Position numbers and translations under genes: made by a program
Notes under the pieces: generated by a model
The model's input: only the letters and a program-made list of their open reading frames with translations
Database searches by the model: none
What the model was told of the DNA's origin: nothing
In this document: in pieces, positions 21,798 to 34,495 of the stretch
Position numbering within the stretch: the first letter of the stretch is position 1
Layout of the letters: every line of letters starts with the position of its first letter
Source of the DNA: Takakia lepidozioides
Taxonomy: Eukaryota > Plantae > Bryophyta
Length of the DNA: 64,000 nt
Reading direction: 5' to 3'
Assembly (NCBI GenBank): GCA_030704615.1
Contig: CM060731.1
Coordinates: 82,956,001 to 83,020,000 of the forward strand

Positions 21798-24700
21798 GGT
21801 TTATTATTTCATGAGCAGAAACCATGAGCCATGAGCCATGAGCTGCATGAGCCGCATGAGCGGTGAGCCGAAGTCTAAGACACGCGGATTTCATGAGCGG
21901 ACTCCTCCAAATTTGGAAATGCGACAGATTAAACAAATATTAAAATAATTTTTTTATTTGACCTTGCCGTTTTTGGAAGTTCCACATCTTGTAATGCGGC
22001 GAAGATATGTCGTCAGTAATAAGTCCGCTCATGGTTTTTTAGATCCGCTCATGGAAATGATTGACCGTGCAACGAGAAATCCAGTATACCACGGCAAAAG
22101 GACGTCGCATACTGGCCTGTATAGAGTATTCCGCGGTTTTACATGCCTTAACATTGGAATGAAGCTGACCCTTCTGCCGTGATTGAACCAATAGAGTCTG
22201 CACCAATAGAGTCCGCAGTACTTCACAATTCTGTCATTTTCGGGTATTCGGCGGGAAAGATTTGCGACTCAACTGGGAAATGCGGTGCCGCATTAGGGCT
22301 CGCACGTGCTAAATTTCTGGGGAGTTTGGTGTTGGCGACGGTCGGCTCCCTGAAGGCTGGGTGCGACTATCTTGCTATGATGAAGGCCGCATCTACCAGT
22401 ACCTACGACGTTACTTGGAAATGCGGCGCCGCATTTCCTTGCCGGGGGTCGAATGAGGAAAGCAAAGTTTGGGAGAGCAGAAAAACATGAACCCTCCAAC
22501 AAACAAAAATACAAGCACGTAGAAACAGAAGTGAATGACATAGTATTATCTTAGTTCGAGCAAAACAGGTTACTGGTAGGCAAGACATAAGTCCGACCTT
22601 TCTGTAGTCAGACTCAGAGGTACTTGCAGCAGTACAGTTCCACTACAACTGAAACTCCGAAAAGGATGGGCGTACCATGGTTGGGGACCGCAAGCCAAGC
22701 TCACTGGTCCCCTGGATCCATATTCAGAAGAGTGTGCACCTCTTGGGGCTCAACCCTGGTGCATGTATGAAGTGATGAGTTGTGGAATTACACCGGAGTC
22801 TCTTTAGGTACACGTAGTATAGATGCTTGCAAGGGCAGTATGATGCCCCCTTGTTCGCCATGATCTGGAAGTCGGTGCAATTGCAGGTGGGTAATTCTGA
22901 AATGATGATGGTGTACACCTCATTGCGAACAGCTGAGCCTACCGTGGCCATCTGATACACACGCCCGAAGCCTGGTGGGGGCACTTCTATCGAGCTCTGG
23001 ATTGTATAGTTCATCCGAAGTGCATTCCCCATCCTTATCTCGTTCACTTTTGAGGGAGGTCGCCGCCTCTTCGGTTTCCCCCAACGGTGTGTAGGATGCT
23101 TAGAGCTGTCGTGTCCCATTGTTCTTGCTCTCACAGGGGTCGGTGGTGGAGGCTGTGGAAGCGGAAATGGTTGTCTGGGGACGTCAGTGCGCTGCACCAT
23201 CCAAAATCCTGCGGCGGTAAGGGCGTCGGCCTCAACTTGACTCAGATCGCAGCCTGGTTCCACCGGCCACACCGGGGGAGCCTCTGGCATTGTTTGTATG
23301 TCGTACTTGGGCTTTCCATACACGCAAGTCATAATGTCGTGCCTGCAGAACCAGAATTGGGTGGTTGTCGCCTCCGCAAACTTTGCATGGACAAATCTTC
23401 CTGTAAAAGTAGGAGCAGGGACATCCCCATCTGGATTCCTCCTTATCATCTCTAAACAACGTTGACGTGTATCCACTCGAATTGCGGAACACCTGCCTCG
23501 AAACGACGGCTTTGTGCGAGCAATTCTCCACTGTGACGCAGACACAGTCGTCTCCACAATGGCTTGGCCATACTGCATAACCGCGGGCGGAATCTGGGCC
23601 AAGCGAGCGGTGGGAATTTCTCGCACGGAATCCCCGTTTGAAGGCGATGGCGATCTGGAATTTCTTGGGCTTCCACTGCTGGAAGACACATTGTGCGGCA
23701 ACATGACGGGACCTCGAGGTGCTGTCCGAATGTTCCTCTCGGATCTCCAGGAATCCTCTTCGCACCCGGGTTCCTCTTCAATCCTCCGCCTCATAGGGCG
23801 AGTACGGACGTCCCCCTCTAGGTGTTCACCTCTGCGGTGCAGAGGCGTCCCTTTGATCTTCTCTCGCAATGATGTCGTCCATTTCAGTGGATTCTTCGAC
23901 CTCGAAGCTGTTCATACCAACAATTTCTCCTTGTCCGGCCCAAAGCCCCATTGTTTCCCGCTCAGGAACTTGTAGTACGTGGCTTGCTGCATGATTGCTC
24001 GGTCGATGTCCTCCGTTGTGGCCGTCACTATGTCCACCAGATGTGCGGCAGAAGACGCTCGCCAGGAGGAGTGGACTGATTCTGCCATATTCGTGTTCGG
24101 CATGTCCGTGTCGGAATCCAAGCACCGCTCCTACAAGGACACAAACAATGGTGAGGGACCAATGGAAAGGTCCGTAATAGAAAGACAATTGCAAGAAAAT
24201 GACAGCATCATACCTCTCGCATGTACTGTCCGAACTGTCGATACCGGAAATGCCACCACCCCAACCAGCTGTGCAAGGCTCCCAGATTGGTTGTCTCCAC
24301 TACACCTGACGTGTTCCACCAAGCCTCGATGATAGCAAACTTAACCTCCGTGTCATCAAATGTGGGTGCATCCTTCCACGCCGTACAAAGGACACGGTGT
24401 TCAGCCTGGAATGAGCTAGCAACAAATTTGGTAGTGTAGTGAGATAGACTCTGTATCCAATGGAATCCACAGGATCTCTCTTTCCCCTCCATTGGAACAT
24501 TGGGGTCCTCACCGTACACACGCCGCACCGCTGCCCAGTTGGCCTTAGCGTTGTCTGCCATGAATCCCCTGAAATTGGGCTCTGGCAATCCCGCCCTTGC
24601 CATCTGCTCGTTTATGCCCTCCCACAAATGCATCTCCAACTGTGTGTCCTCCCCTTTCATCTCGCAGTTTGCAATCGTCATGAGCCTCTTGGAGTGATAG

Positions 24701-26811
24701 TCATAAATATGCGCACCCATAGTCACCCACTGATGGTTTGTAATTCGCTTGATGTGATCAAACATCACCCAAGCATTCGACAAGTTTCCAGTTGTCATGC
24801 GAGTGACCAAGTCGACTCCACTCCCAGGCCCACACGTCGACATTTAAAAAATGTAACAACGATCGGATTCGCTGCCTTGCCCTGGAAACCTGCTACCTTG
24901 GATGTAGTCATATCCAGTCATTCGTTTCACCTCCAGGATTGAGTGCATGTCCGACCCCCGGCCGAACTCCTACTTGCAAGATACGATGTGATTCCGCACA
25001 TTTGGACTACAAATGTGCGAGACGGACTCCAACAGGTCAAGCATCTCCTCTTTGTTCAAGGGCACTCGGTTTGAACCATCTTTAGACATGATTTTGCCAA
25101 GAGCAATCTTGTGGGCTGGCTTCAGCTGAATCTGCTTTGGTCTGGCTCCGGGGCTCAATTTCACCTCCTCTTTTATGATGTCGTGTGCTTCCTGCACAGC
25201 CTCACGCATGTTGCCTCTCGCCAAGGGGTGGCAGTGGACCCCAACGTGTATGCAAGCTCTAGTCAAGTCCGGGAGCAAATGGATTACGTAATATTGCTTG
25301 GCTTTGCACATGGACATGCACGTCGGTGGTTCTTTGCAATGTGCGCACTTGAAAGTACCCGCAGGAGCTTGGCTGGAGACAATGAATGGATGATGGGTTG
25401 TGCCAGTCCAATCCGTCTCGTTTCTCCGCCCTCCTTTGGAGAGAAAGTGGAAGCAGGTGGGATTGAGGCACCTCAGCTTCCCCGCACAGAGGACGTATCG
25501 TACACGAACACCATCAGCAATTTTCGTGCTACTGGTCTTCGTCACACACCAGGGGTGTCCGTCATGCTTTCGATCCATGTCTGTTAACATCCCCGAGGCT
25601 TTGTTTGAGGAAGTAACATGTGGAAACTCGAAGATGACATTGCCATCGACTTCAGGAGGCAGATACATTACCTTCCTGACTGGAAATTTGGCATAGTCGA
25701 GAGCAGCCAGCTCGGAGCGAGAACCATCGAGGTGATGTTGCCGTAGGAGCTGCACAATGGACCGGGTTGGAGTTATGCTCGAGGGTACATGCGTAGCACC
25801 TGCAGAGACGTCCATGTCGGATTTGAACGACCGTGTGGAGGACATGGGGACCTCAATGCACTCATCTTCCTCGTCGGAAATGTCGAATACGTCCACACGA
25901 AAAGCTATGGAGGGTCTTGACGGTCCAGATCGGGAATGATTATCATTGCATACCTCTCTGTTGGCAGTGGCCGCCTGTCGGTTTCCGGACTCCTTTGTGG
26001 ATGGTGTGGGCAGCGACTGATTTGGAAAGGGAATGGGCATTCCCACAGCTCGGTACAGGATGGTGTTTGATGGGGGTACGTGCCATTCGATTCCGCAACC
26101 TCCGTCGTTACCTAGCACGACAATGGTCTCGTCAACCTGTCCAGGAACATCCTTCCTTTCTTCTTCCAAATAAACTGTGCCCGGTTTGAGCTTGAATTTG
26201 GAACAAAGGTAAGTTTCAGTCACTCTGCAAAGTCCTCCCTCGTTAAGGATCCAGGCTCTCCCAAGTTGCAGAGGACAACAAACTATAGCGTAGGAATTCG
26301 GAGCCATTGAAGACCGCACGAAGTTGGCAAGTGCGAGGTTCAGTATAGCAACAGACCAAGGCTCACAGGCACCATGTAAGTGGATCTGCGGTCCATCGAC
26401 GATTGGAAGTCGCACATTGAAGTGGAAAGTATTGTTTCAAGCTACATGCATGAAGGTGGGAGGTGTGATTCCATAGCCAGTAAGTATGACAATGATGGCC
26501 GATTCGGCGACGAAATAACATCTCCAGACAGTTTCTCCTGAGAGGGGATCCAGCAGTATTCTCGGTGCAGACATGAACGTTCGCACTGACAAGTGCCAGG
26601 ACTGTTAGTTAAAACGGTCAGACAACCAAGTTGTGCTCATTAAGACATGCCGCAATTGTGTTGTTTTGGAACAATGCAACCCATTGAGGTTCCGCATTTC
26701 CGTCCGGAGTGATACTTTCGATTGCTATTGGACGGAAATACGGCGCTGCATTTCCGTTTTGCATCTTAGTCATGCACCAGTGCGACGGAAATGTGGCACT
26801 GAGTTTCCGTC
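21798..26811 (-). mobile_element. Mutator-like (MULE) DNA transposon, right end cut by an LTR
   Basis: Contains a transposase gene. CATGAGC tandem repeats occur at 21810-21900. GGAAATGCGG/CCGCATTTCC-like subterminal motifs occur on both sides (22270-22440 and 26690-26811). Confidence 0.7.
22724..26415 (-). pseudogene. MULE-type DDE transposase with GCM-like Zn domain and C-terminal SWIM finger; predicted intron 24131-24213; two premature stops and at least one frameshift
   Basis: GCM-like motifs W..TKTSS, LCAGKLRCLNPTC, CAHC, C.AK and GVHCHP. DDE motifs VMFDH, FMADNA, CGFHW and TNMAESVH. SWIM motif CNC...CKH. A GT-AG 83-bp intron joins MRE|ERCLD in frame. The start codon is uncertain. Confidence 0.78.
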
Positions 26812-27229
26812 TGTTAGAGGACTGCTTGGGACTTAGACACTTTTACGGGATCTGTGGGGTACCCTTAATTTTTACACAGATTGAGACCAACAGGAGCCTT
26901 AGGGGTGACAACAACAGGCTTTAGGGGGGAGATACACAGCCCAACACAGTCCATCACAGCCCGTCACAGTCCAACACAGCCCGTCACAGCCACACAGCCA
27001 GTCACAGCCCGACACAGCCCGACACAGCCCAACACAGTCGCAGAGCCAGTCACAGTCCGTCACAGTTTCACACAGCCAGTCACAGCTTGACACAGCTGTC
27101 ACGACCATAGGGAACGGATAGCAGGACATGGAACGACTGTGGGGAACAACATCTGCGAATGGAACATGTTAGTTCACGGATGACGGTTAGTGAGGGAAAC
27201 GGTTAGAACAACGGGTAGGAAGATAAAGC
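26812..27229 (+). repeat. Family A LTR fragment (copy-2 subtype, 3'-truncated, no PPT)
   Basis: TGTTAGAGG start. Closely matches 16811-17310. Confidence 0.88.
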
Positions 27230-27609
27230 CTTATCTGCGATGATGCATTAGCGACGTCAGTGGGTCGCAAAGTGCAACCACTGGACGTCGCAGTTTGGGG
27301 GGTACATTTGAATTTAGGTTGGAAAATTTGAACTTCAAAATTTGAATTTGATTTTGAAATTTGAATTTCAAAAACTTGTTGACCATTGACTCCGGTTTTG
27401 TCCAATGGCAGTACGTTCATTGTTCTACATATATTAGGCAATGCATACTTGAACCTAGGACCTCCACGTTATAACATTTCTAAGACACTACAGACTAACC
27501 AACACACCTACGATACATCTATGTATCACAAAAGCAGTCTAAGTATATACTAAGGCTTTGCGTTGCTCCGCACTACTAGCGACGAGCAGCATTCGAGATA
27601 CTGGCCTAC

Positions 27610-27816
27610 TTGGAACACTGATTGCGCATCTCCAAAAATGAAGTCGATAGTTCCTTCAAGGTAGCAATTTTTGAAGTAGTGACGCCCTGCATAATCAAAC
27701 AACGTGTCCTGACCTCCATAGAAGCCACACCCATAGAAGGCAGCCTTGTCCGTTGCTAGCAGTACTACCACTGCGTGTCCATTTACTGCCCCCGCTTGAG
27801 CTGGTGGCGTTGAGTT
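27610..27816 (-). pseudogene. Orphan pectin methylesterase exon
   Basis: [42 protein letters not shown] lies in a 207-bp AG...GT-bounded exon. No other PME exons were recognised. Confidence 0.85.
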
Positions 27817-28121
27817 CTGCATTTTCCACACACATTGCTCAGTCTCTCCCAGTTGTGCGCAAACCAAGTCAGCACGCTTTGCCCTCACAAATGCAAGGTT
27901 TACTACATGGCACTTTGACATCTGAAGGAAATCGTAGACAACTCAAGATCTTGACTGTGAAACTGGATATTTGCATCACTGATTGGGTGATCGATCGGTT
28001 CTTTTTTCTCTTGTTGCCATATTCAAAGTGTTACAATTATTGGTGAAAACTCAAGGGTTCTTGAGACCTTGGGGTCTCCAGACACTACCAAACTAAAACC
28101 AAGTACAGACACTGTGCCCAG

Positions 28122-28391
28122 GAAGGCTTGAAGCTAGATGGTATCACCTTCATGTCTCTTCTCTCTGCTTGTAGCCATGTAGGCCTTGTGGATGAAGGCC
28201 ATCGCTATTTTCATTCCATGAGTCAAATTCATGGCCTGACACCTGTGGTGGGCCATTTTTGCTGCATGGTGGATCTTCTTAGCCGTAGAGGCCGCGTGGA
28301 TGATGCAAATGACTTAATTAAGAACATGCCAATCAAAGCAGAAGCTTCTGTGTGGCGGGCCTTGCTAGGTGTCTGCAGGGTTCATGGAATA
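28122..28391 (+). pseudogene. PLS-class PPR gene fragment (last repeats and start of the E domain)
   Basis: DGITFMSLLSACSHVGLVDEG...MVDLLSRRG...MPIKAEASVWRALLGVCRVHG. Confidence 0.88.
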
Positions 28392-29487
28392 TGGAGGTGG
28401 CCCCGTTTGACCATGAAGAGGTGGGGTCCAACTCTGCACAGGGGACCATAAGTATTAACCGTCCCAATTCATTCATACTGCCTTTGAAGTGCCCATTTGA
28501 GCTTTCAATGGGCTCTATGGTGTAGACATGGTTAGCATGAATGTTCACTCAGCCAAGCTCAGGCATTTGGCCTAATGGGAGGTGTTCTAGGGTGTTAGAT
28601 GAGGAACTGCATATGGAGGACGTGAATCTTTGAGTGAGGGCCTTGGCTCAGCAGGACAATGTTTACGTTTAAGTTACTTCTCCCCAAAAACGAAAATTGG
28701 AAGAGGACCTTTGTGTCCTAGTGGGACCTAGTTGAGCCCTCCCAGCTTTTCTCTGCATAATCTTTTACAACTTCATGTCAACATGCACCCTAGAATTTAA
28801 TTCAATGTTCAATATAAGCAAGCTAATTGCTGCCTATGCTTTTGAAGAACAACTTTTGATTGAGATTTTCCAGATTCGTCCAGAAAGCTCCTTATTATAG
28901 CAACAACATGATGCCCGATTGCACCCTACAGCTTAAACACATGGAGAGTAAGGTCCTCTTCCAATCCTAGAAAGTTCTTCAGTTTTAGATTAATTGAGTT
29001 AGAATGCCCATTGCATTCCAACAACATCGCTGTACTTCTATTATGCCGTTTAATTGACGAGCGAGAGAGAAGAGAGCCAGGCCCAGGATCGAAATTACCT
29101 GCTGAATTCCACATGCCTGTTGAGGAAATGCCTTCAGCAAAAATTCAATCTGCATTTTTCTAGTGGAGGAAAGCATCTGACGAAAGACCCCACTCATCTG
29201 CACGCACCCTTGGTCTCCAAGACTGAAGTAGCCATTTAACTTCTCCACCACGTGTATAGGGTACTTCTCCACCACGCGCTGACTGTTACCCTCCCCTGAT
29301 ACAGAGGCGTGGTGCATGGGGGTGGCACCCAGGGCTGCGAGCGCTCCGATTCATAACAGAGAGAATTGAAGACGTTTTAAAGATAAGAAGAAGAATGGTC
29401 TTTATAAATATGGTGGCCTGTGAAGTCTGATTCCGGCGCTATGGGTTTGTTCCCCTTCCTCTACCGGACTTAATCCTATCTGGGGAA

Positions 29488-29970
29488 TGTAGTCGATAGA
29501 TGGGCCTGGCAGAGAAGACGGAGTCTCACGAAGAGGACGCAACTGAATCAGACTTCCAAAACGCATTCATCCACACACTCAAGCACACCGTTACACCCAG
29601 CATACACTCGCGTAAGACCCAAAAGCCACCACCCCCACGGCCACGGCAGTCGAGCTTAAATAGTATTAGGTCGTAATCTAATCTTAGTGCCGGCGTGGCA
29701 CTTACATATAGGCCAGCCAGATGCCCTTCCAGCATAGCCATAGAAAGAAGCCAGATCACCCAGATCCATCCTAATCTAATCCTAAACTAGCTGTTAGAAT
29801 ATGACAGCACCTAATAAAGTCATCAGCTGTTGCCAGTTCATCCTCATGGGTCAGGTGTAAGTTTATCCAGACTTCATCCTGGCTCCGTCCATCTCTAAAT
29901 CATCCGGGGCGCATCCCTCCTCCGTTCATCCAAGTCGAAAAGGAAGGTGAGAAGGAATCCCAGCTCCACA
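29488..29970 (-). repeat. 3' LTR of family B
   Basis: 483 bp, TGTAG...CCACA. Roughly 95% identical by eye to 36541-37022. Confidence 0.92.
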
Positions 29971-30195
29971 TATGTGAAGTCTGCTGGGGCCACTAGAAAC
30001 TGCGAGCTCTTGCGAGTGATGAGCTCAGGAAAAAATGAAGCCTAGCCAAAACAAACTACACACCCGGCACACAAGGGATAAAAACAACCTAGGGAAGAAA
30101 ACCTCACCCTGCAAGCTGGGTGGAGGACAAAACATCCCATAGGAAAAACCACAAGTGCTACAATTGGTGCAGAAAACTGTCACGAAATTCAAAAA

Positions 30196-33100
30196 CTACT
30201 CTAAAGAAGAAGATGTCATGGTCTGATCATGAGCTGTCCGAGTTGTGGGGATGAAGATCACCTGACGGTTCTCAACATTCAAACAGGTTAGATCAAAAGT
30301 AAGAGTGCATGGAACAAGCAATGAAACATGAATGGAGCTAGCTAAGTGAGGAGTAGAAGCATGCTGGGGGAGCAAGACATATTGCCTGCCAGGAAGAATA
30401 TCAGAGATAAGGTAAGGGCCATCAATCCTACGTTTGGCCTTAGATATCTGCTTACCAGGCTGGAGCCTGACACAAACAGACTGGCCTACTTTGAATGACT
30501 CAAAATACACAACACGTCTGTTGTAATTCTTGGCCTGAGCAGCTTGGGCAAACACGATGTTAGATTTTGCTGTTTCACGCAACTACGTCGTCCAACATCC
30601 ATGGAAAGCAAAAAGACTTCTCAATTCTCAGGCTCAGTTGCGGATACCTGCAACCAGGAGATATGCAAAGAAGTTCTACATTTCCTACCATACAAAAATT
30701 CAAAATGTGAGATTTTGGTACTGGCATGGATAGAAGTCATATAGGCAAAGAGCAGAATAGGCACGACAATATTCCATTCATCAATTAGTGTTCCATTCTT
30801 CTCGAGCATCTGACATATAGTTTGGTTAAATCATTCTGTCAAACCATTGCATTGGGGATTGTAGGGAGCAGTAACGGCATGCTTAGTGTTGAGATTAAAC
30901 AATACAATCTCCATAAGTTGGTTGCAGAACTCTGTACCTTGATCCGTGAGGATTTCAAGAGGGCAACCATGACGAAGTATCACCTTATCAAAGAAGAACT
31001 GCACCACCTTATCACTATCCTTAGCAACCAGAGGTTGGAGCTCAACCCATTTCGTCAGGTAGTCCATAGCAACCGCAAGGTATGCATGACCCGACGTGGA
31101 TTTAAGAGGTCCAACTAGATCTAAGCCAACCCTGGCAAATGGTTCAGTCACCAGGATTGGCTGCAAAGGTAAGGGAGCTTCGGTCCTAGGTATGATGGTT
31201 TTAGCATGACAAGGCACACATCTTGCAATGAAAGCTGAGACATCTTGAACTAAGCCTTTCCAGTGATACTACTCCTGCAATCTTTTGACAGTTTTAGCAA
31301 CCCCCAAATGGCCAGCATAAGTAGAAGCATGGTACAATTCGAGTAAAGCAGGGACAACGGACCTAGAAGGGACTTCCACAGCAGAGGTACCTTCCAAAAC
31401 AGTGACTCTGAACAATCTCCCTTTACTTTCCCGGTGGCTGGGTAAATGATAGTTGACTTGCCTCATGAGCAGCTTGGATATGCCACTAAGGTGGGTGCCG
31501 GTTTTGCACCTATGAAGAAGAGCATCGTATAATGGATCATCCATGCCTACATCACTCATGGCCACACAACAGCAGGTTAGTGCAGGCGAGAAGAAAGTGA
31601 CAGCCCCCGTTCTCTTCATTTCGTGACCCTGACTTCATTTTTAGTTGGCTGCCTATGAGGAGGCAAGCAGGCTGTAGGGCGCAGCTCAGTCCCTTGGTTG
31701 GGATACAAACCAAGGCAGGCAAGACAAGATGAACAGTCATAAGGTAAGGGAAAGTACCAGACCCTACTGCAGGATATCAGACTAGAATTCATGCCAATAC
31801 CAAGGGAAATTCAACCAACATCAAACTGAAGTAGATCCTAAGTGTCAAGCAGATATGGAGGAACATAAGGATAGTCCAGCAAATGACACAAGGCAAAGGG
31901 ATCCGAAACAGGCACAGCAGGTGGTGTAGAGCGTGCAGTATGAGGGACTAGGTCATTTAAGGTAGTATAAGGTTCAGGGATTTCGGGTTCGCCTCGAGTC
32001 AAAGCATCTGCATTAACATTATCTTTCCCACGCTTGTAAGATATGGTGAAGTCATAGCCTTTGCAGTATGAGAGCCCACCGAGCTAATCTGCCAGTGAGT
32101 TCACGAGGAGTTAGCAAGGCTTTCAAAGATAAATGATCAGTCTCAATGGTAAAATGACAACCATGTAAATACTGCCTAAAATATTTGACTCCAAAGATAA
32201 CTGCAAGGCCTTCCTTGTCAGTGATAGAGTAATTACGCTCATGTTTATCAAGGCGGCGGGAGGCGTAGGCAATGGCATGCTCCTGACCATCCTGAATCTG
32301 GCTCAACACTGCAAAGATAGCTAAATCACTCGCATCAGTTTGCAAGATAAATGGCAAGGTAAAATCAGGATAAGCAAGCACAAGAGCAGAGGTTAGTGCA
32401 ATTTTGAGCTTCTCAAAGGCGGATGTTTCAGCAGTACCCCACACAAAACGAGCATCCTTGGATAACAAGCGAGTGAGTGGAGCAGCTAGTTTGGCAAATT
32501 GAAAAATGAAGCGACGATAGTAAGAACCCAAGCCCAAGAAGGCCTTAACACATGTTTTATCTCTAGGGGTTGGATAGTTCCACACAACTTGGATCTTGGT
32601 TGGGTCAGGACTGATGCCAGCAGCAGAAAGCAGATGGCCCAAGAAATGGAGCTGTTCCATACAAAAATCACAATTCTTGGCTTTAACTTTAAGCCCGACT
32701 GCACGAAGTCTACACACAACCCGCTGTAAATCCAGTAGATGAGCATCAAACGTTGTAGAATAAATGTTGATGTCATCAATGTAAACTAAAGCACACTCCC
32801 AACGAAGGTTTTCTAAAACAATGTCCATAAGTCGCTGAAATGTAGCAGTGGCGTTGCAAATGCCAAAAGGCATTGTTTCAAATTGGAAGAGGCCCATCCT
32901 GCACGTGAAGGCAGTTTTATCTTAGCAACAGCAGTTAAAGGAACTTGCCAAAAGCCAGAGGCTAAATCCAATGAAGAGAAGATAGTGGCCCCATTAAATT
33001 GATCTAGCGTTTCATTAATGCGTGGCAAAGGGTAGACATCTTTCTTTGTGATGGCATTTAAACGCCGAAAGTCTACGCAAAAACGGGTTGAGCCATCCTT

Positions 33101-34495
33101 CTTACCCACTACGACAATGAGACTGGCCCAAGGGGATATGGAGGGGGTGATTACACCAGCATCAAGCATCTTGGTAATTTCTTCATGAATGACTTTGCGC
33201 TCACAAACACTCTCCCTATAAGCATGTTGTTTGATAGGCTTACCATCCGTGATGATGTCATGATCCAGAAGGGTGGTGCGGCCTAAGTCATGGGGCCCTT
33301 TACTAAAGATGTCGAGATTGTCACGGGAAAACAGGTGCAGGCGACTACTTTGCTGGGGAGTAAGGTGATCACCCACTTTGATATCTTTTAAGACCTGCTG
33401 GAAATGTTGCTCGTGTTCGGGAGTAAGCGTGTCATTGCCAGTGGAGCCGGAGTGAGAGGCAAACGCTTGGAGTTGGTCAATGGGGGAGTCCACCAGTCCA
33501 ATATCATGAAGACTCAGGCCTTTCTGAACAGAGGCCAACTCAGACAAAGGAGAAGCAGTGAGCCTAGCAAGGACCTGACCCTTGCGGACACTGATGCTGA
33601 TACGTTCTAGATTAGCAACCAGTAATTTGACCTCTCCCTTAAATCCCCTGTCTAAAACCCCAGAAGCAATCAGACAGTGCTTTTGGAGGGTAAGTTTTTT
33701 CCAGCCTTCAACCTCAAGGAATTGACCTGTAGGGCAAGCAAAAGCTAAGCCTGTAGGTACTATGCGCTGAGAAAAAGCTGGGATAATGAAGTCAACTGGA
33801 GAACGTAGCAACATGGTATTCTGTGCCACAGGCAGGGGAGGTCCAGACTTCTTACCTGGTGGAGGGAAATGCCATTGGTACAAATTATCACCAAGTGGTT
33901 GGAACTGGCTGAATCTGGCCCAATTATAATGCAAACCCACCTGCTCCTTCATCTATTCAGCTTGAAGCTTGAGACGAGAATAGTTGGTCATAGAGGTCCC
34001 AGCGGCAATAGTAACATGGCTTAGACTCACCTTGTAAGGTTGCCCCTCACCATTGTGAAGGCACATAAGATTGTTCATGATGTCAATGATGGCCTCTGCA
34101 CCCTTCATCCAATCCAGTCCCAGTAAAATTTGTTCACCCATGGTGACAATGTAGGTCAGCAAGACAGTTTTCCCACTAATGCGGATAGGCAAGGTGACCA
34201 ACCCTATGGGTTCATATGCCGTGCCATCAGCTATGGTAACCTCAAGGCCATGGGCAGGGCTAATTTTTAATCGAAGAATGCGAACTGTACTAAGTGGAAT
34301 GGCAGACATGGTACATCCAGTATCAATAACACATGGAAAGGAAAGGTGGCCCACATGACATTGTGTCATCAATGGGTGGATCCGGTCCCTACTGATGCGC
34401 TTATAGGCCTCACAGTGCATGAGTTTGAAATCACGAGAAAGAACAGCACTTACCATCGTTTTGGGGTTCTTACCATGGTCATCTGACACCCTCAC
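30196..34495 (-). pseudogene. pol of family B (PR, dUTPase-like, RT, RNase H, integrase)
   Basis: CVIDTGCT (PR); VPTGL...GVLDRGFKGEVKLLVAN...KGQVLARL (dUTPase-like); LDLASGFWQ and YIDD (RT); QTDAS and ETDH (RH); GHLG, GLDLVGP, TDQGTEF and NGLTE (IN); DGPY. Confidence 0.92.
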
